In this document: piece by piece, positions 30,916-40,456 of the stretch
Layout: every line of letters starts with the position of its first letter
Position numbering within the stretch: position 1 is the stretch's first letter
Assembly: GCA_003141815.1 (NCBI GenBank)
Contig: PLNQ01000023.1
Coordinates: forward strand, 1 to 52,604
DNA length: 52,604 bases
Origin: Acidimicrobiaceae bacterium
GTDB taxonomy: Bacteria; Actinomycetota; Acidimicrobiia; Acidimicrobiales; RAAP-2
Reading direction: 5' to 3'
The notes under the pieces: model-generated
Databases searched by the model: none
The model's input: only the letters and a program-made list of their open reading frames with translations
What the model was told of the DNA's origin: nothing
Made by a program: the position numbers and the translations under genes

Positions 30916-31207
30916 TGTCATCCTTCGGTGTCCATTCGCGCAGTAGTTCATCACGCGCCGTCACGAGCTCTCGCACTTCCCCCGATCGACGAAGCATCTC
31001 GGCGTTGGCGACCATCACGTGACGGGAGAGTTCATCGTATTCCTTGGACTGCAGTGGCGTCTCGGATACCAGGGCGCGAATCCTCGCGTCGTCCAAGGCG
31101 TCGTTCCACACTTCGACCTGTTCTTCCAGCACCGCGAGGCTCTCACGGGCCTGCGCCAACTGGCGTTGCACGTCCACAAGACGACGCTTCACGAGACGAG
31201 ATCCCAT
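30908..31207 (-). CDS. Small coiled-coil hypothetical protein
   Basis: 99-aa helical ORF overlapping pdtaR start; TAGACT -10 box 7 nt upstream. Confidence 0.75.
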   Translation of the reverse strand: MGSRLVKRRLVDVQRQLAQARESLAVLEEQVEVWNDALDDARIRALVSETPLQSKEYDELSRHVMVANAEMLRRSGEVRELVTARDELLREWTPKDDNG

Positions 31208-31232
31208 ACATTTCAGTCTACGACTCGATTTC

Positions 31233-32282
31233 TCAGGTTACAGAGAGGCGTCGCGCGCCCTCGAGCATCACCGTCGACGGTTCGACGCCAAAACTCGCCG
31301 CGACGCTGGCCACCTCCGCGACGGTGCTTCCCCCTAACGCCACGTCGCCGAGATCACTCGGTTCATGGACGCAACTGTTCGCGAGGAGTTGGTGAACGCG
31401 GCGCGCGAAGGGTGACTCGAAGAATCCCCCGAGGTACGCGCCGAGTCCGAGTTCGTCGGCTCGGGCGAACATCGCTCTCGCGTTCGCCAGTCCCCCGACA
31501 CGCGCCGGCTTCACACAGACCATCGTGGCCGCTTGGTACGAGGCGATCTGCTTCAGGTCGCGCAGGGAGCGCACGCCTTCATCAAGGCTGAGGGGCACGT
31601 CCAATCGTTGGGCCAGTTGGGCGTGGTCCGCGAGATTCCCCACGGCGTAGGGCTGTTCCACGGCGCCGATCGTGGCGACCTCGCGGATCTGTTCGACGTG
31701 ACGAAGGACGTCGTCGTCGGTGAGGGCCGAACAGTTGTAGTCGACCAGTACCGGGACGCTGAGTTGCGCGAGTCGGTCCATTGCTCGTTCAGTCAGATCT
31801 CCCGGCGCGATCTTCACGCGAACGCGAGCCAGATTCTCGTCGACGCGCCATTCGGTGTCGTCGTCCAGCAGCGAGAAGGTGGCCTGTCGCGGCGTCTCGA
31901 ATCGTTGCGGCCAGAGATCTTCGACTGCGCCGGACGCGACGCGAAGTTCGCGGTCGAGCATCGCCATCTCTACGAGCGCCGCAGCGGCGTTGCTCGGGGG
32001 TGTCGCGGCCCCGAGTCGCGCGACGCGACTCCATGACGGCAGTGAGCCTTCGCGCGTGATGACGTCCTCCAAACGCGCGAGCGCGAATCGGGTGGCTTCG
32101 ACCACGTCGTCAAAGCCCGGATCGCCATTCAGCTCCTCGGGCTGGGGCGCGACTTCGCCGAAGCCCGCGACGCCGTCATGATCAAGGCGCAAAAAGAGTC
32201 GCGAGCGACTCTGGTGGTCCTGCGCACTCGCTCGTATCGGACGCTCGAGAACGATGTCTTGTCGGTACAGCGTCACGTTCAT
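31233..32282 (-). CDS. menC: Enolase-superfamily enzyme, probably o-succinylbenzoate synthase
   Basis: GFGE, RVK, DYN, EQP, LDE, KPARVGG; other men genes nearby. Confidence 0.75.
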   Translation of the reverse strand: MNVTLYRQDIVLERPIRASAQDHQSRSRLFLRLDHDGVAGFGEVAPQPEELNGDPGFDDVVEATRFALARLEDVITREGSLPSWSRVARLGAATPPSNAAAALVEMAMLDRELRVASGAVEDLWPQRFETPRQATFSLLDDDTEWRVDENLARVRVKIAPGDLTERAMDRLAQLSVPVLVDYNCSALTDDDVLRHVEQIREVATIGAVEQPYAVGNLADHAQLAQRLDVPLSLDEGVRSLRDLKQIASYQAATMVCVKPARVGGLANARAMFARADELGLGAYLGGFFESPFARRVHQLLANSCVHEPSDLGDVALGGSTVAEVASVAASFGVEPSTVMLEGARRLSVT

Positions 32283-32322
32283 CTCCGTCACCTTACGGTT
32301 AACTGCTACCGTGGTCGCCGCA

Positions 32323-32406
32323 GCCCGGATGGCGGAATTGGCAGACGCGGAGGCCTCAAAAGCCTTTACTCGAGAGGGTGTGTGGGTTCGAGTCCCACTC
32401 CGGGCA
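32323..32406 (+). tRNA. tRNA-Leu(CAA), CCA not encoded
   Basis: GCCCGGATGGCGGAATTGGCAGACGCG..GAGGC-CT-CAA-AA-GCCTT, long variable arm, GGGTTCGAGTCCC. Confidence 0.96.
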
Positions 32407-32422
32407 CTGTTACCTTTACAAC

Positions 32423-33352
32423 ATGATGGAACTGTCGACCCCTCCGTTTCGTGACGACGTCGTCGCACTTTTTCCGGGCCAAGGTTCGATCAGTGGTGGC
32501 GCTGGAGTCCCGTGGCGATCGTCACACCACTGGACACTGGTGGAGCAAATCAGTGAGGCAGCTGGTGTCGACGTGTCGGCGCTCTTACTCAGTGCCAGCG
32601 ACGAAGACGTCGTGCGAACCGATCGCGCGCAACTGGCCACCTTCGCCCTGTCGCTCGTGGGTTATCGCGAGTTACTCGATATCGGGATCCGTCCGCGCTA
32701 CCTCGTGGGCCACAGTCTCGGTGAGTTCTCCGCCCTCGTCGCTTCGGGACTTCTCTCGCTCGACGAAGGCGCGCGACTCATCGGGGTTCGCGGCGGCGCC
32801 ATGGCGCGGGCCGCGGCGGCCCAGGAAGGATCGATGGTGGCCGTCATGGGTGGTGACGACGACGCGCGCGCGGCATTAGGTGCCGTCGAAGACGTATGGG
32901 TGGCCAACGTCAACGGCACGAGTCAGATCGTCGTGAGTGGTACGCGCGCGGGACTCGACGACCTCTTAGCTCGCCACAGAGAGCTCGGATGGCGACGCGC
33001 GACGCCGCTACCGGTCGGTGGCGCCTTTCACTCTCCGCTCATGACGCCAGCCCAGGCGGAGTTTGACGAAGCACTGGCGGCCACGACCTGGGGTTCGACC
33101 GAGGCGGTGTTGATCTCCAACGTCGACGCGAAGGCGCACGCTTCCGCTGAAGAGTGGCGCGAACTGCTGCGCCGTCAACTCACGTCGCCGGTCGAGTTCT
33201 TGGACACGACGCTCGCACTGCCCGAAAGCGTGCGCGTCACGATCGAGATGCCACCAGGGGGCATTCTCACCGGTCTTACTAAACGCATCCGCGACTTCGA
33301 TCAACAAATCGCGCCGACCACCCTTAGCGAGTTACAGGAGATCGTCTTATGA
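32423..33352 (+). CDS. fabD: Malonyl-CoA:ACP transacylase
   Basis: FPGQGS, GHSLGE, GAFHS. Confidence 0.94.
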   Translation: MMELSTPPFRDDVVALFPGQGSISGGAGVPWRSSHHWTLVEQISEAAGVDVSALLLSASDEDVVRTDRAQLATFALSLVGYRELLDIGIRPRYLVGHSLGEFSALVASGLLSLDEGARLIGVRGGAMARAAAAQEGSMVAVMGGDDDARAALGAVEDVWVANVNGTSQIVVSGTRAGLDDLLARHRELGWRRATPLPVGGAFHSPLMTPAQAEFDEALAATTWGSTEAVLISNVDAKAHASAEEWRELLRRQLTSPVEFLDTTLALPESVRVTIEMPPGGILTGLTKRIRDFDQQIAPTTLSELQEIVL

Positions 33353-34053
33353 GCCGTCACGTCATCGTTACCGGAGCCAGTCGCGGCATTGGTGCCGCGA
33401 TCGCCCAGAACTTCATCGACCAAGGCGACAACGTCGTGGCGTTTTCTCGTTCCGGCCAAGCGCCAACGGGCTGCGCCAAGTCGCTGACCGTCGACGTGAC
33501 CGACTCGAAAGCGGTCAACGAAGCCGTGAAGGCGGCCATCGAAGAGTTCGGACCCGTGGAGGTCGCGGTCGTCAACGCGGGCGTGACGCGCGACGGACTG
33601 GCGATGCGCATGTCGGACGAGCAGTGGCGTGACGTCTTGAGTACGAACCTCGACGGGGCTTTTTACACCGCGCGCGCCACCATGGCGTCCATGGTGCGGG
33701 CCCGCTCGGGTTCGATCATCTTCATCGGGTCGGTGTCTCCCTTCATTGGCGTGCCGGGACAGGCCAACTATTCCGCGGCGAAAGCCGGGCTCGTGGGACT
33801 CGCGCGCTCCCTCGCGAAGGAAGTGGCCTCGCGCTCGGTGACCGTCAACGTCGTGGCGCCGGGCTTGATCGACACCGACATGACGCACGACCTGGGCGCG
33901 GCGAAGGACACAATGGTGGCGATGATTCCTCTCGGTCACGTCGGACAGCCGTCCGATATCGCTGGCGTTGTCGGGTTCCTCGCCAGTAACCTCGCGCGCT
34001 ACATCACCGGTGCCGTCATCGCCGTCGACGGAGGGCTCGCGATCGGTCTCTAG
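33349..34053 (+). CDS. fabG: 3-oxoacyl-ACP reductase
   Basis: [16 protein letters not shown]. Confidence 0.94.
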   Translation: MSRHVIVTGASRGIGAAIAQNFIDQGDNVVAFSRSGQAPTGCAKSLTVDVTDSKAVNEAVKAAIEEFGPVEVAVVNAGVTRDGLAMRMSDEQWRDVLSTNLDGAFYTARATMASMVRARSGSIIFIGSVSPFIGVPGQANYSAAKAGLVGLARSLAKEVASRSVTVNVVAPGLIDTDMTHDLGAAKDTMVAMIPLGHVGQPSDIAGVVGFLASNLARYITGAVIAVDGGLAIGL

Positions 34054-34112
34054 TGGTCTCCTTCGACGAGTCGATTGAGTACGATGGAGCGAAAGAAAAA
34101 AGGAGTTACACC

Positions 34113-34352
34113 ATGGATCGCAACGAAGCTTTAGCGAAGTTCACTGACGACACGGTCGAAGTCTTGGCCGTCGACCCGGCGCAGGTCACTCTCGAAGCTT
34201 CCTTCGGTGACGACCTGGGCGCGGACAGTCTCGACCTCGTCGAGCTCGTCATGGCACTTGAAGAGACGTTCGACATTGAAGTTGCCGAAGACGAACTTAA
34301 AGAGATCAAAACCGTCGGCGAGGCCTTCGAACTGATCTACGCCAAGCTGTAG
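34113..34352 (+). CDS. acpP: Acyl carrier protein
   Basis: [18 protein letters not shown]; AGGAG RBS. Confidence 0.96.
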   Translation: MDRNEALAKFTDDTVEVLAVDPAQVTLEASFGDDLGADSLDLVELVMALEETFDIEVAEDELKEIKTVGEAFELIYAKL

Positions 34353-35551
34353 TGCGCGTTGCCGTCACCCCCTCGGGACCGATACAAGGTCGCCGGGTAG
34401 CCGTTACCGGTCTCGGGGCGCTCTCGTGCGCCGGCGAAGGAGTCGACGCTCTGTGGGAACTGCTGATGAAGCCCGACGGGCCCAAGTCAAAACGCATTGG
34501 CGACTTCCAGACGTCACACGTCGGCGGACCCAAGGAACTACGCCGCCTCGACCCCTTCGCGCTCTACGCCCTCGTCGCCGCCGACGAGGCGTGGAACCAC
34601 AGTGGACTCGTAGGGCCCCTCACGGACGCGGGCAGCATCGTCACCACCGGCATCGGCGGACTTCAGTCAACGTTGAACCAAGGCGTGGTGCTCTTACAAA
34701 AGGGTCCCGAACGAGTCTCGCCGTTCCTCGTCCCAATGATGATGCCGAACGCCGCTACCGCGGCTGTCTCCATGCGCTTCGGCTTAGGCGGACCGTGTGA
34801 GACGGTGACGACGGCCTGCGCCGCGGGCACGCACGCCATTGGCAACGCCGCTCGCCTCGTATCGTCGGGCCGCTGTGACGTGGCCGTCGCCGGGGGCGCC
34901 GAGGCCGTCATTGTCGAGATCGCCGAAGCCGGCTTTCGCAACATGACCGCGCTCTCGAACGAAAACCTCTCGCGACCCTTCGACGTGAATCGCGACGGCT
35001 TCGTCCTGGGCGAGGGCGCGGGCGTGCTCATTCTCGAAGAGTGGGACCACGCCCTCGAACGAGGTGCAACGATCTTCGCCGAAGTCATCGGCGCCGCTTC
35101 AACGGCGGACGCCTACCACATCACCGCGCCCGACCCCACGGGGGCGGGCGCGATTCGCTGTATGCAATTGGCGCTCGTCGACGCCGAGATCACGGCGGGT
35201 GACGTCTCGCACATCAACGCGCACGGTACGTCCACGCCGCTCAACGATCTGGCCGAGGCCATCGCGGTGCACCGAGTCTTTGGCGACAACCCGCCGGCCA
35301 CCACCTCGATCAAAGGTCACCTCGGACACTCGCTCGCCGCCGCCGGAGCGCTCGAGGGTGTCGCCTCAGTGCTAACGCTGCAGAACCAATTGATCCCACC
35401 CACCGCTGGCACCACCGATATCGATCCTGCGATCGACCTCGACGTCGTCATTGGCGCGCCGCGCCCCGCTGAGGTAGAGATCATCTTGTCCAACTCGTTT
35501 GGGTTCGGTGGTCACAACGGCAGTGTCGTCTTCCGACGTTTTCACGCCTAA
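34352..35551 (+). CDS. fabF: Beta-ketoacyl-ACP synthase II
   Basis: TACAAG, NAHGTST, KGHLGH, NSFGFGGHN. Confidence 0.95.
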   Translation: MRVAVTPSGPIQGRRVAVTGLGALSCAGEGVDALWELLMKPDGPKSKRIGDFQTSHVGGPKELRRLDPFALYALVAADEAWNHSGLVGPLTDAGSIVTTGIGGLQSTLNQGVVLLQKGPERVSPFLVPMMMPNAATAAVSMRFGLGGPCETVTTACAAGTHAIGNAARLVSSGRCDVAVAGGAEAVIVEIAEAGFRNMTALSNENLSRPFDVNRDGFVLGEGAGVLILEEWDHALERGATIFAEVIGAASTADAYHITAPDPTGAGAIRCMQLALVDAEITAGDVSHINAHGTSTPLNDLAEAIAVHRVFGDNPPATTSIKGHLGHSLAAAGALEGVASVLTLQNQLIPPTAGTTDIDPAIDLDVVIGAPRPAEVEIILSNSFGFGGHNGSVVFRRFHA

Positions 35552-36211
35552 CTACAACGTCCACTCATCGAAGTGGCGCTCCACGTAAGCGTTGTCGTAC
35601 GCCCAGCGCGCGTTGGCAATGAACTCACCGAGCATCACCGGGTCCTTCACACCGGGCGCGCTCTCGACGCCCGCGCGCACGTCGACCCCAAACACGGGGA
35701 AGTTCTGAACCACGTCGACGACGTTCGTCGCGTTGAGCCCTCCGGAGGCGATCAGCGGCACTCGAGGTCCTGACTCCATGAAGAGTTCGAGCGAGTCTAC
35801 GAGCGCCTCGGGTTCGTCACTCTCGGGCAGAACAAGACAGGCCACCCCGTTCGGCATTCCAAGGCGCTCCGTGCCGTCGGGCACCATGCGCAACACCGTG
35901 TTCACCCGCTCGCACACGTAGCTGAGTTCGTCCGAGGTGATGGGTCCGTCGATCTGCACCGCGGTGAGTCCGATCGTGTTGGCGATCTCAACGATGCGCT
36001 GAGGAAGTTCGTTGCGAAACACGCCGACCGAACCCGCCCCCTGGGGTAGGCGGCGAACGATGTCGTGCGCCGCGCTCACCGAGATCTGACGAGGCGTCAG
36101 GGCGAAGTCGAAGCCGACGGCGCTGGCTCCCAGACCAATGGAGAAGAGCGCGTCCTCTTCCGAGGTGATCCCCGAGATCTTGATGTAGAGGCCCTCAGCC
36201 GTGAGTCGCAC
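35552..36211 (-). CDS. trpF: Phosphoribosylanthranilate isomerase-like protein (degenerate active site)
   Basis: KISGIT..EDA, VGVF, SGGLNATNV, GVDV..GVESAPGVKD. Confidence 0.7.
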   Translation of the reverse strand: MRLTAEGLYIKISGITSEEDALFSIGLGASAVGFDFALTPRQISVSAAHDIVRRLPQGAGSVGVFRNELPQRIVEIANTIGLTAVQIDGPITSDELSYVCERVNTVLRMVPDGTERLGMPNGVACLVLPESDEPEALVDSLELFMESGPRVPLIASGGLNATNVVDVVQNFPVFGVDVRAGVESAPGVKDPVMLGEFIANARWAYDNAYVERHFDEWTL

Positions 36212-36257
36212 GTACCATCTCCATGGTTGGTACGTTACTCACGCAAGGCGATTCGAC

Positions 36258-36953
36258 TCAGTCAACCTCTTGGACGATCACGTCGCCACTTTCGTCACTG
36301 GTCGCGCCGAGCAGCGTGCGGTGCGCGACACCCAGTCCGTCGAGGCGACCGTTCGTCATCCACGCACTCGTCACGCCCTGAGGACCCGCGGGGCCTTTCG
36401 ACTTCAAGTACCTGTCGACGCTCGAGGAGTTGACGCCACGCACGTGCACAAATCGCCACGGCACGCTCGAGCCCCGAGCGTCGAGTCGACCGACCAACTC
36501 TTGACCGGTGAAGCAGCCCTTTTGAAACGAGATCGTGGCCGCCACGAACGATCGGCCGAAGCTGTGGGGAGTGAGGTTCAACGCGAACTCGCGTACGCCC
36601 GGCCAGTTAGCGCGGATCTGTTCGTCCAGCGTGGCGAAGGGTCCCTCGTCGACTTCTTCCACTTCGATGGTGCACTTCGTGCGAAGAAGGAACCGCTTCA
36701 ATCGCTTGGTCGCGACCGCGGCGAGTTCTCTTGGCACGATCACGTCGAAGCCGTCCTCACGACGCTGCACGAAACAACTCGTCATGACGACGCTGTCGGG
36801 CTCGAGAATGAGTGCCCACGCGCCGTCCTCGGTGACGAGGGCCACATCTTGGCTGAGTTGGCCCTGGAGGAAGGCCTCCGTCTCGGGGCCCCGGGCCTTC
36901 AGTACCGACCACGCCAGCGTGTGCGTAGTGGTGTCGTTACCAGTCGTGCTCAT
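36258..36953 (-). CDS. ygfZ: YgfZ/GcvT-like folate-binding protein
   Basis: FLQGQLSQDV and KGCFTGQE signature. Confidence 0.88.
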   Translation of the reverse strand: MSTTGNDTTTHTLAWSVLKARGPETEAFLQGQLSQDVALVTEDGAWALILEPDSVVMTSCFVQRREDGFDVIVPRELAAVATKRLKRFLLRTKCTIEVEEVDEGPFATLDEQIRANWPGVREFALNLTPHSFGRSFVAATISFQKGCFTGQELVGRLDARGSSVPWRFVHVRGVNSSSVDRYLKSKGPAGPQGVTSAWMTNGRLDGLGVAHRTLLGATSDESGDVIVQEVD

Positions 36954-37010
36954 GAACTATTACAGTATGCGCCAACGTGGTGAAACCCGCCGCGGACGAG
37001 GTGGTCACCA

Positions 37011-37199
37011 ATGAGCATGCAGACGGAACTGAACACCATCACCTCGACCATGACTGAACTGTCGACGCGCATCACCACCCTCGTCGAAGCCGAGGGTGAC
37101 GCCATGGCCCCCGACGTCTACGCCGAACTCGTCGCCGCCGAGCGAACGGTGGGGGCACTCCTTCGACGACTGGTCCGCGTCGCGGGGCGGGCTCTCTAA
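37011..37199 (+). CDS. Small hypothetical protein
   Basis: GAGGTG RBS, helical 62-aa ORF in an intergenic gap. Confidence 0.7.
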   Translation: MSMQTELNTITSTMTELSTRITTLVEAEGDAMAPDVYAELVAAERTVGALLRRLVRVAGRAL

Positions 37200-37221
37200 G
37201 ACCCACCGGTAGTGTCTGACC

Positions 37222-38067
37222 ATGGCTTCTCCGTGGTGGTGCGTCCTTTCGTTATCGCCACAACAGCGACTCGACGTGCTCAGCCTGCTCGATCGAACGG
37301 AGGCCCTGCTCGGGCGCGAAGCGATTGACGAGGGGCGTCGTCGCTCGGTCGTGCACGGATGGCAAGCACAGCATTGGCTCCACTATGACGAGGGCGTCTT
37401 GACCAAGTACGCGATATCGTCGGGCGAGGAACACGCCATCGTGGAGATGTGCGGTGGCGACTACGACGTCGAGCTGCTCGCGCACCTGCTCGCGGCGCAC
37501 GAAGTCGTGGACTGGTGGACTCGCGGTCCCCAGTCGTGCGAGTACGTGAAGGGCAACGTCATACGAATGTTGCAACTACTTCGCGTCAAACTGCCCGTAC
37601 CCGTGGAGGACGTGCCCGAGGGTGCGCTGCTGCGCAACTTCGAGCCGCATCACGACGAAGCGGCGTGGCTCGAACAGAACAACGCCGCCTTCGCGAACCA
37701 CCCCGAGCAGGGCGCCTGGCACCTGGCGGACCTCGACGAGCGAACGCGCGAGCCCTGGTTCGACCCCTCGGGTTTTCTGCTCTTGGAGATCGACGGCCGG
37801 ATCGCGGCGTCGTGTTGGACCAAGGTCCACGAGTTGCACCCCGACCGCTTCGGAGAGATTTACGTGGTATCGGTGCATCCCGACTTTCAGCGCCACCACC
37901 TCGGGCGCGTCATGGTGACTCAGGGTCTTAACGTCATTTGTCGTAAAGGCGTCGGCGACGCCGTGCTGTTCGTGGACGAGTCCAACGACTCCGCCAAAAA
38001 ACTCTACGACTCACTTGGTTTTCGTCTAGAACGAGAAGACCGCCTCGTGCGTTTCGTTCGCGCTTAA
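37222..38067 (+). CDS. mshD: Mycothiol synthase-like GNAT acetyltransferase
   Basis: NNAAFANHPEQG.W, EPWFDP.G, CWTKVH, GEIYVV. Confidence 0.88.
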   Translation: MASPWWCVLSLSPQQRLDVLSLLDRTEALLGREAIDEGRRRSVVHGWQAQHWLHYDEGVLTKYAISSGEEHAIVEMCGGDYDVELLAHLLAAHEVVDWWTRGPQSCEYVKGNVIRMLQLLRVKLPVPVEDVPEGALLRNFEPHHDEAAWLEQNNAAFANHPEQGAWHLADLDERTREPWFDPSGFLLLEIDGRIAASCWTKVHELHPDRFGEIYVVSVHPDFQRHHLGRVMVTQGLNVICRKGVGDAVLFVDESNDSAKKLYDSLGFRLEREDRLVRFVRA

Positions 38068-38070
38068 AGC

Positions 38071-38270
38071 GTGTGTCCTATTTGGACCCACCGGTTTGCC
38101 TTGACCAACTGAACAATGTCGCTCAGCGGTACTTGCTCACCGTCCGACTTCCCAGATGATCTTTCGACTGAGTACTCGGTTCCGACCCAAGGCCCTCATC
38201 ACGGTGTCGTGATGGTTGTGCGGGTGACGATCGGCTCTTCCCGCGTGCTTCGCGGTGCAGATCTGGACGA
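38071..38270 (-). ncRNA. Putative TnpB omegaRNA (scaffold plus guide; boundaries approximate)
   Basis: Structured ~200 nt after the tnpB stop: CATCACG/CGTGATG hairpin (38197-38214), CCAGAT/ATCTGG, CTCAG/CTGAG. Confidence 0.55.
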
Positions 38271-39665
38271 TCAGGTTGTCGAGACTGAGAGCGAAGCAGT
38301 TGAAACCGGTGGCGTGTTCGCTGGCACTTCTTTGGGCAGCCAACGCGCCAGGTTGATGGCCGCGTTGAGATCGCGGTCAATGGCCAGTCCACAGACGTCG
38401 CAGGAATACGTCCGTTCCGACAGGTTGAGGTTGCTCTTGGTTCCGCCACAATCCGAGCACGTCTTGGAACTCGGGAAGAACCGATCCGCCACTCGCACGT
38501 CGACGCCGTGCCACCTGGACTTGTAGAGGATCTGCCGAGAGAGTTCTCCCATCGCGGCGTCCGAGATGGACTTGGCCAGGTGTCGGTTCCTGACCATTCC
38601 TGCGACGTTGAGGTCCTCGATCACGAGGACCTGGGCTCTGGTCACCAGAGTCTTGGACACCTGGTGGATCAGGTGCCGTCGGGTGTTGGCGACCTTTCGG
38701 TGCGTCTTGGCGAGCCAAGCTCGTGCTTGTTGGCGCCCCTTGGACCCCAGTGTGGTTCTGGCCAGAGCCTGGTTGGCCGCCTTGAGCGCGCGCTGCGCTT
38801 CTCTTAATGTTTTCACCCCCTCGAAGATCTCGAAGGGATTGCCGTTCGCGTCGGCGGCGACGGCAAGAGAGGTGATCCCCCGGTCAACCCCGACCGGAAC
38901 GGTGTGACGATTAGTGCGGCTTCGCTCCGCTTGGTGAAACTCTGCGGCCACGCCGGTCAGCGAAACGGTCCAGCGACCCGCACGCTCGGTGAGCGTGGCC
39001 GAGTACACGTGGAAGCGACCGGCATCGATCATGCGGCGGACCTGGCGGGTGGAACCGAAGAGTTTGACCGGTCCGAACTTGGGCAGGCGCAGGTGCGCGC
39101 GATCGCTGAAGCGGACGGACTGACTCGTGGGTGCTTGACCTGAGGTTGCCCGGTTCCTCAGGCGGAAGCTCGGCCTCACCTTCCCCTTGGCTTGGAAGCG
39201 AGGGAACCCGACTAGCGTCCCACTTCGCTCACCGCGTCGTGAGACAGAGAAGTTCTCAAGCGCGCGTGCTGCGTCCACGCTGGCGCACTCGAAGACGTCA
39301 CCGGGGAGTTCGTGTCGCCAAAGAAGACCTCGCGTCCCGTCCTCGTTGTGCGGCGAGTCGTCGGACTTCCCGTTTTTCCACGCGTTGAACTCATTAATGA
39401 AGGAGAACGCCGACCACGAGAGCGACGCGGTGGGTTCCTCCGCTCGAGTTCCTTCTGCTAACGCTTCGCGCTCAGCCGACCTCACGTCCAGATTGGCTTT
39501 CACCCGAGCCAAGTGATGGTTGACGGTGAAGCGACGGGCCCCGGCACACTTGGCAAGCAGGATGCGCTGCTGCTCACTCGGGTCAAGGGCGAACTGGAAC
39601 GTCACCGAGCGCGAAAGCACCTGACCACTGTGCGAGATTGGTGAAGCAGCTGATGTTGTTGCCAC
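38271..39665 (-). CDS. tnpB: RNA-guided endonuclease TnpB (IS607-type)
   Basis: FALDPS..GARRF, GFPRF, RuvC-I GVDRG, RuvC-II IEDL, CSDC/CDVC zinc finger, RuvC-III DRDLNAAINL. Confidence 0.95.
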   Translation of the reverse strand: MATTSAASPISHSGQVLSRSVTFQFALDPSEQQRILLAKCAGARRFTVNHHLARVKANLDVRSAEREALAEGTRAEEPTASLSWSAFSFINEFNAWKNGKSDDSPHNEDGTRGLLWRHELPGDVFECASVDAARALENFSVSRRGERSGTLVGFPRFQAKGKVRPSFRLRNRATSGQAPTSQSVRFSDRAHLRLPKFGPVKLFGSTRQVRRMIDAGRFHVYSATLTERAGRWTVSLTGVAAEFHQAERSRTNRHTVPVGVDRGITSLAVAADANGNPFEIFEGVKTLREAQRALKAANQALARTTLGSKGRQQARAWLAKTHRKVANTRRHLIHQVSKTLVTRAQVLVIEDLNVAGMVRNRHLAKSISDAAMGELSRQILYKSRWHGVDVRVADRFFPSSKTCSDCGGTKSNLNLSERTYSCDVCGLAIDRDLNAAINLARWLPKEVPANTPPVSTASLSVSTT

Positions 39666-39673
39666 GAAAGTGA

Positions 39674-40456
39674 TTATCCGTCGGGGTTGTTACATCCCGC
39701 GAGGCGACGCCGTCGCACCAGATGGCCGTGGGCCACCTCGACCCGCCAGGCGTGTCGGATGGGTCGAAAGATCTTGGAACGGTGCTCGTTGCGTGGTGGC
39801 TCGTCCCATCCGACCCGACGGACCTCGCAACCAAAGGCCACTGAGAGTCGCCGGGCGGCGGATTCAGCGGTGCCGCGGTCCACGAGCACGAGTTCGTCGA
39901 GGCGGTGGTCAGCGCCGGTACGGGCGAGGTCTTCAAGTATCAGTTCAACCGCTCTCGCCTCGGAGGTCGACGCGGGAACCGCGCGCACGCAGAGGGGCAG
40001 ACCGGTGACGTTCACGCAGACGATTCGCTTGGCGCCGTTGGTGCGGCCGTAGGGGCCACCTTGGTTGTGAAAAGTGACGCCTCCATTGGAGGCGCCTCTC
40101 GCGAGGTGCGCGTCAATGACCACCATCGAGGGCAGCGGGTCTTTTCGACCGAAGGTGGTCCGCGCCGACGCGTGCAAAGTTGTGAGAACCCGGATCCACG
40201 TCCCGTTGCTTGACCACCGGCGAAACTGGGACCAAACCCTCGTCCAGGGGCCGAACTGCTCGGGCAGGAACCGTCACTGACAGCCGGTGTCCGAGATGTA
40301 GAGCATTGCGTCGACGACGTGTCGGAGGTCACTTGCGTGCTTCGGTCCTCGTTTTGACGGAATCACAAGAAGGGGTTCGAGCAGGTTCCAATGGGCGTCG
40401 GTCAGATCACTTGACTTGGCCACGACTTGATGGTGCCGGTCGCGACCTTGGCGCAC
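39674..40456 (-). pseudogene. IS5-family DDE transposase with in-frame TGA and shortened C-terminus
   Basis: SDLTDAHW..TGCQ*RFLP..FGPW..FRRW..VIDAH..LVDRG..WRVE..RRRLA all in one frame; TGA at 40274-40276 replaces the conserved Trp. Confidence 0.88.

Noticed and set aside
32323-32406. Second integration site at tRNA-Leu(CAA)
   Set aside because: No duplicate of its 3' end was seen, and housekeeping genes flank it directly.
32283-32468. Long 5' extensions of the menC and fabD ORFs
   Set aside because: They overlap tRNA-Leu(CAA); downstream ATGs fit better.
38271-39665. TnpB as a Cas12f/type V effector
   Set aside because: No repeat-spacer array or cas1/cas2 nearby; the sequence resembles IS607-type TnpB.
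40274-40276. TGA read as Trp or selenocysteine, or a programmed frameshift
   Set aside because: TGA is a normal stop in int, uvrC and other genes; both halves are in the same frame; a TGG-to-TGA mutation is simplest.
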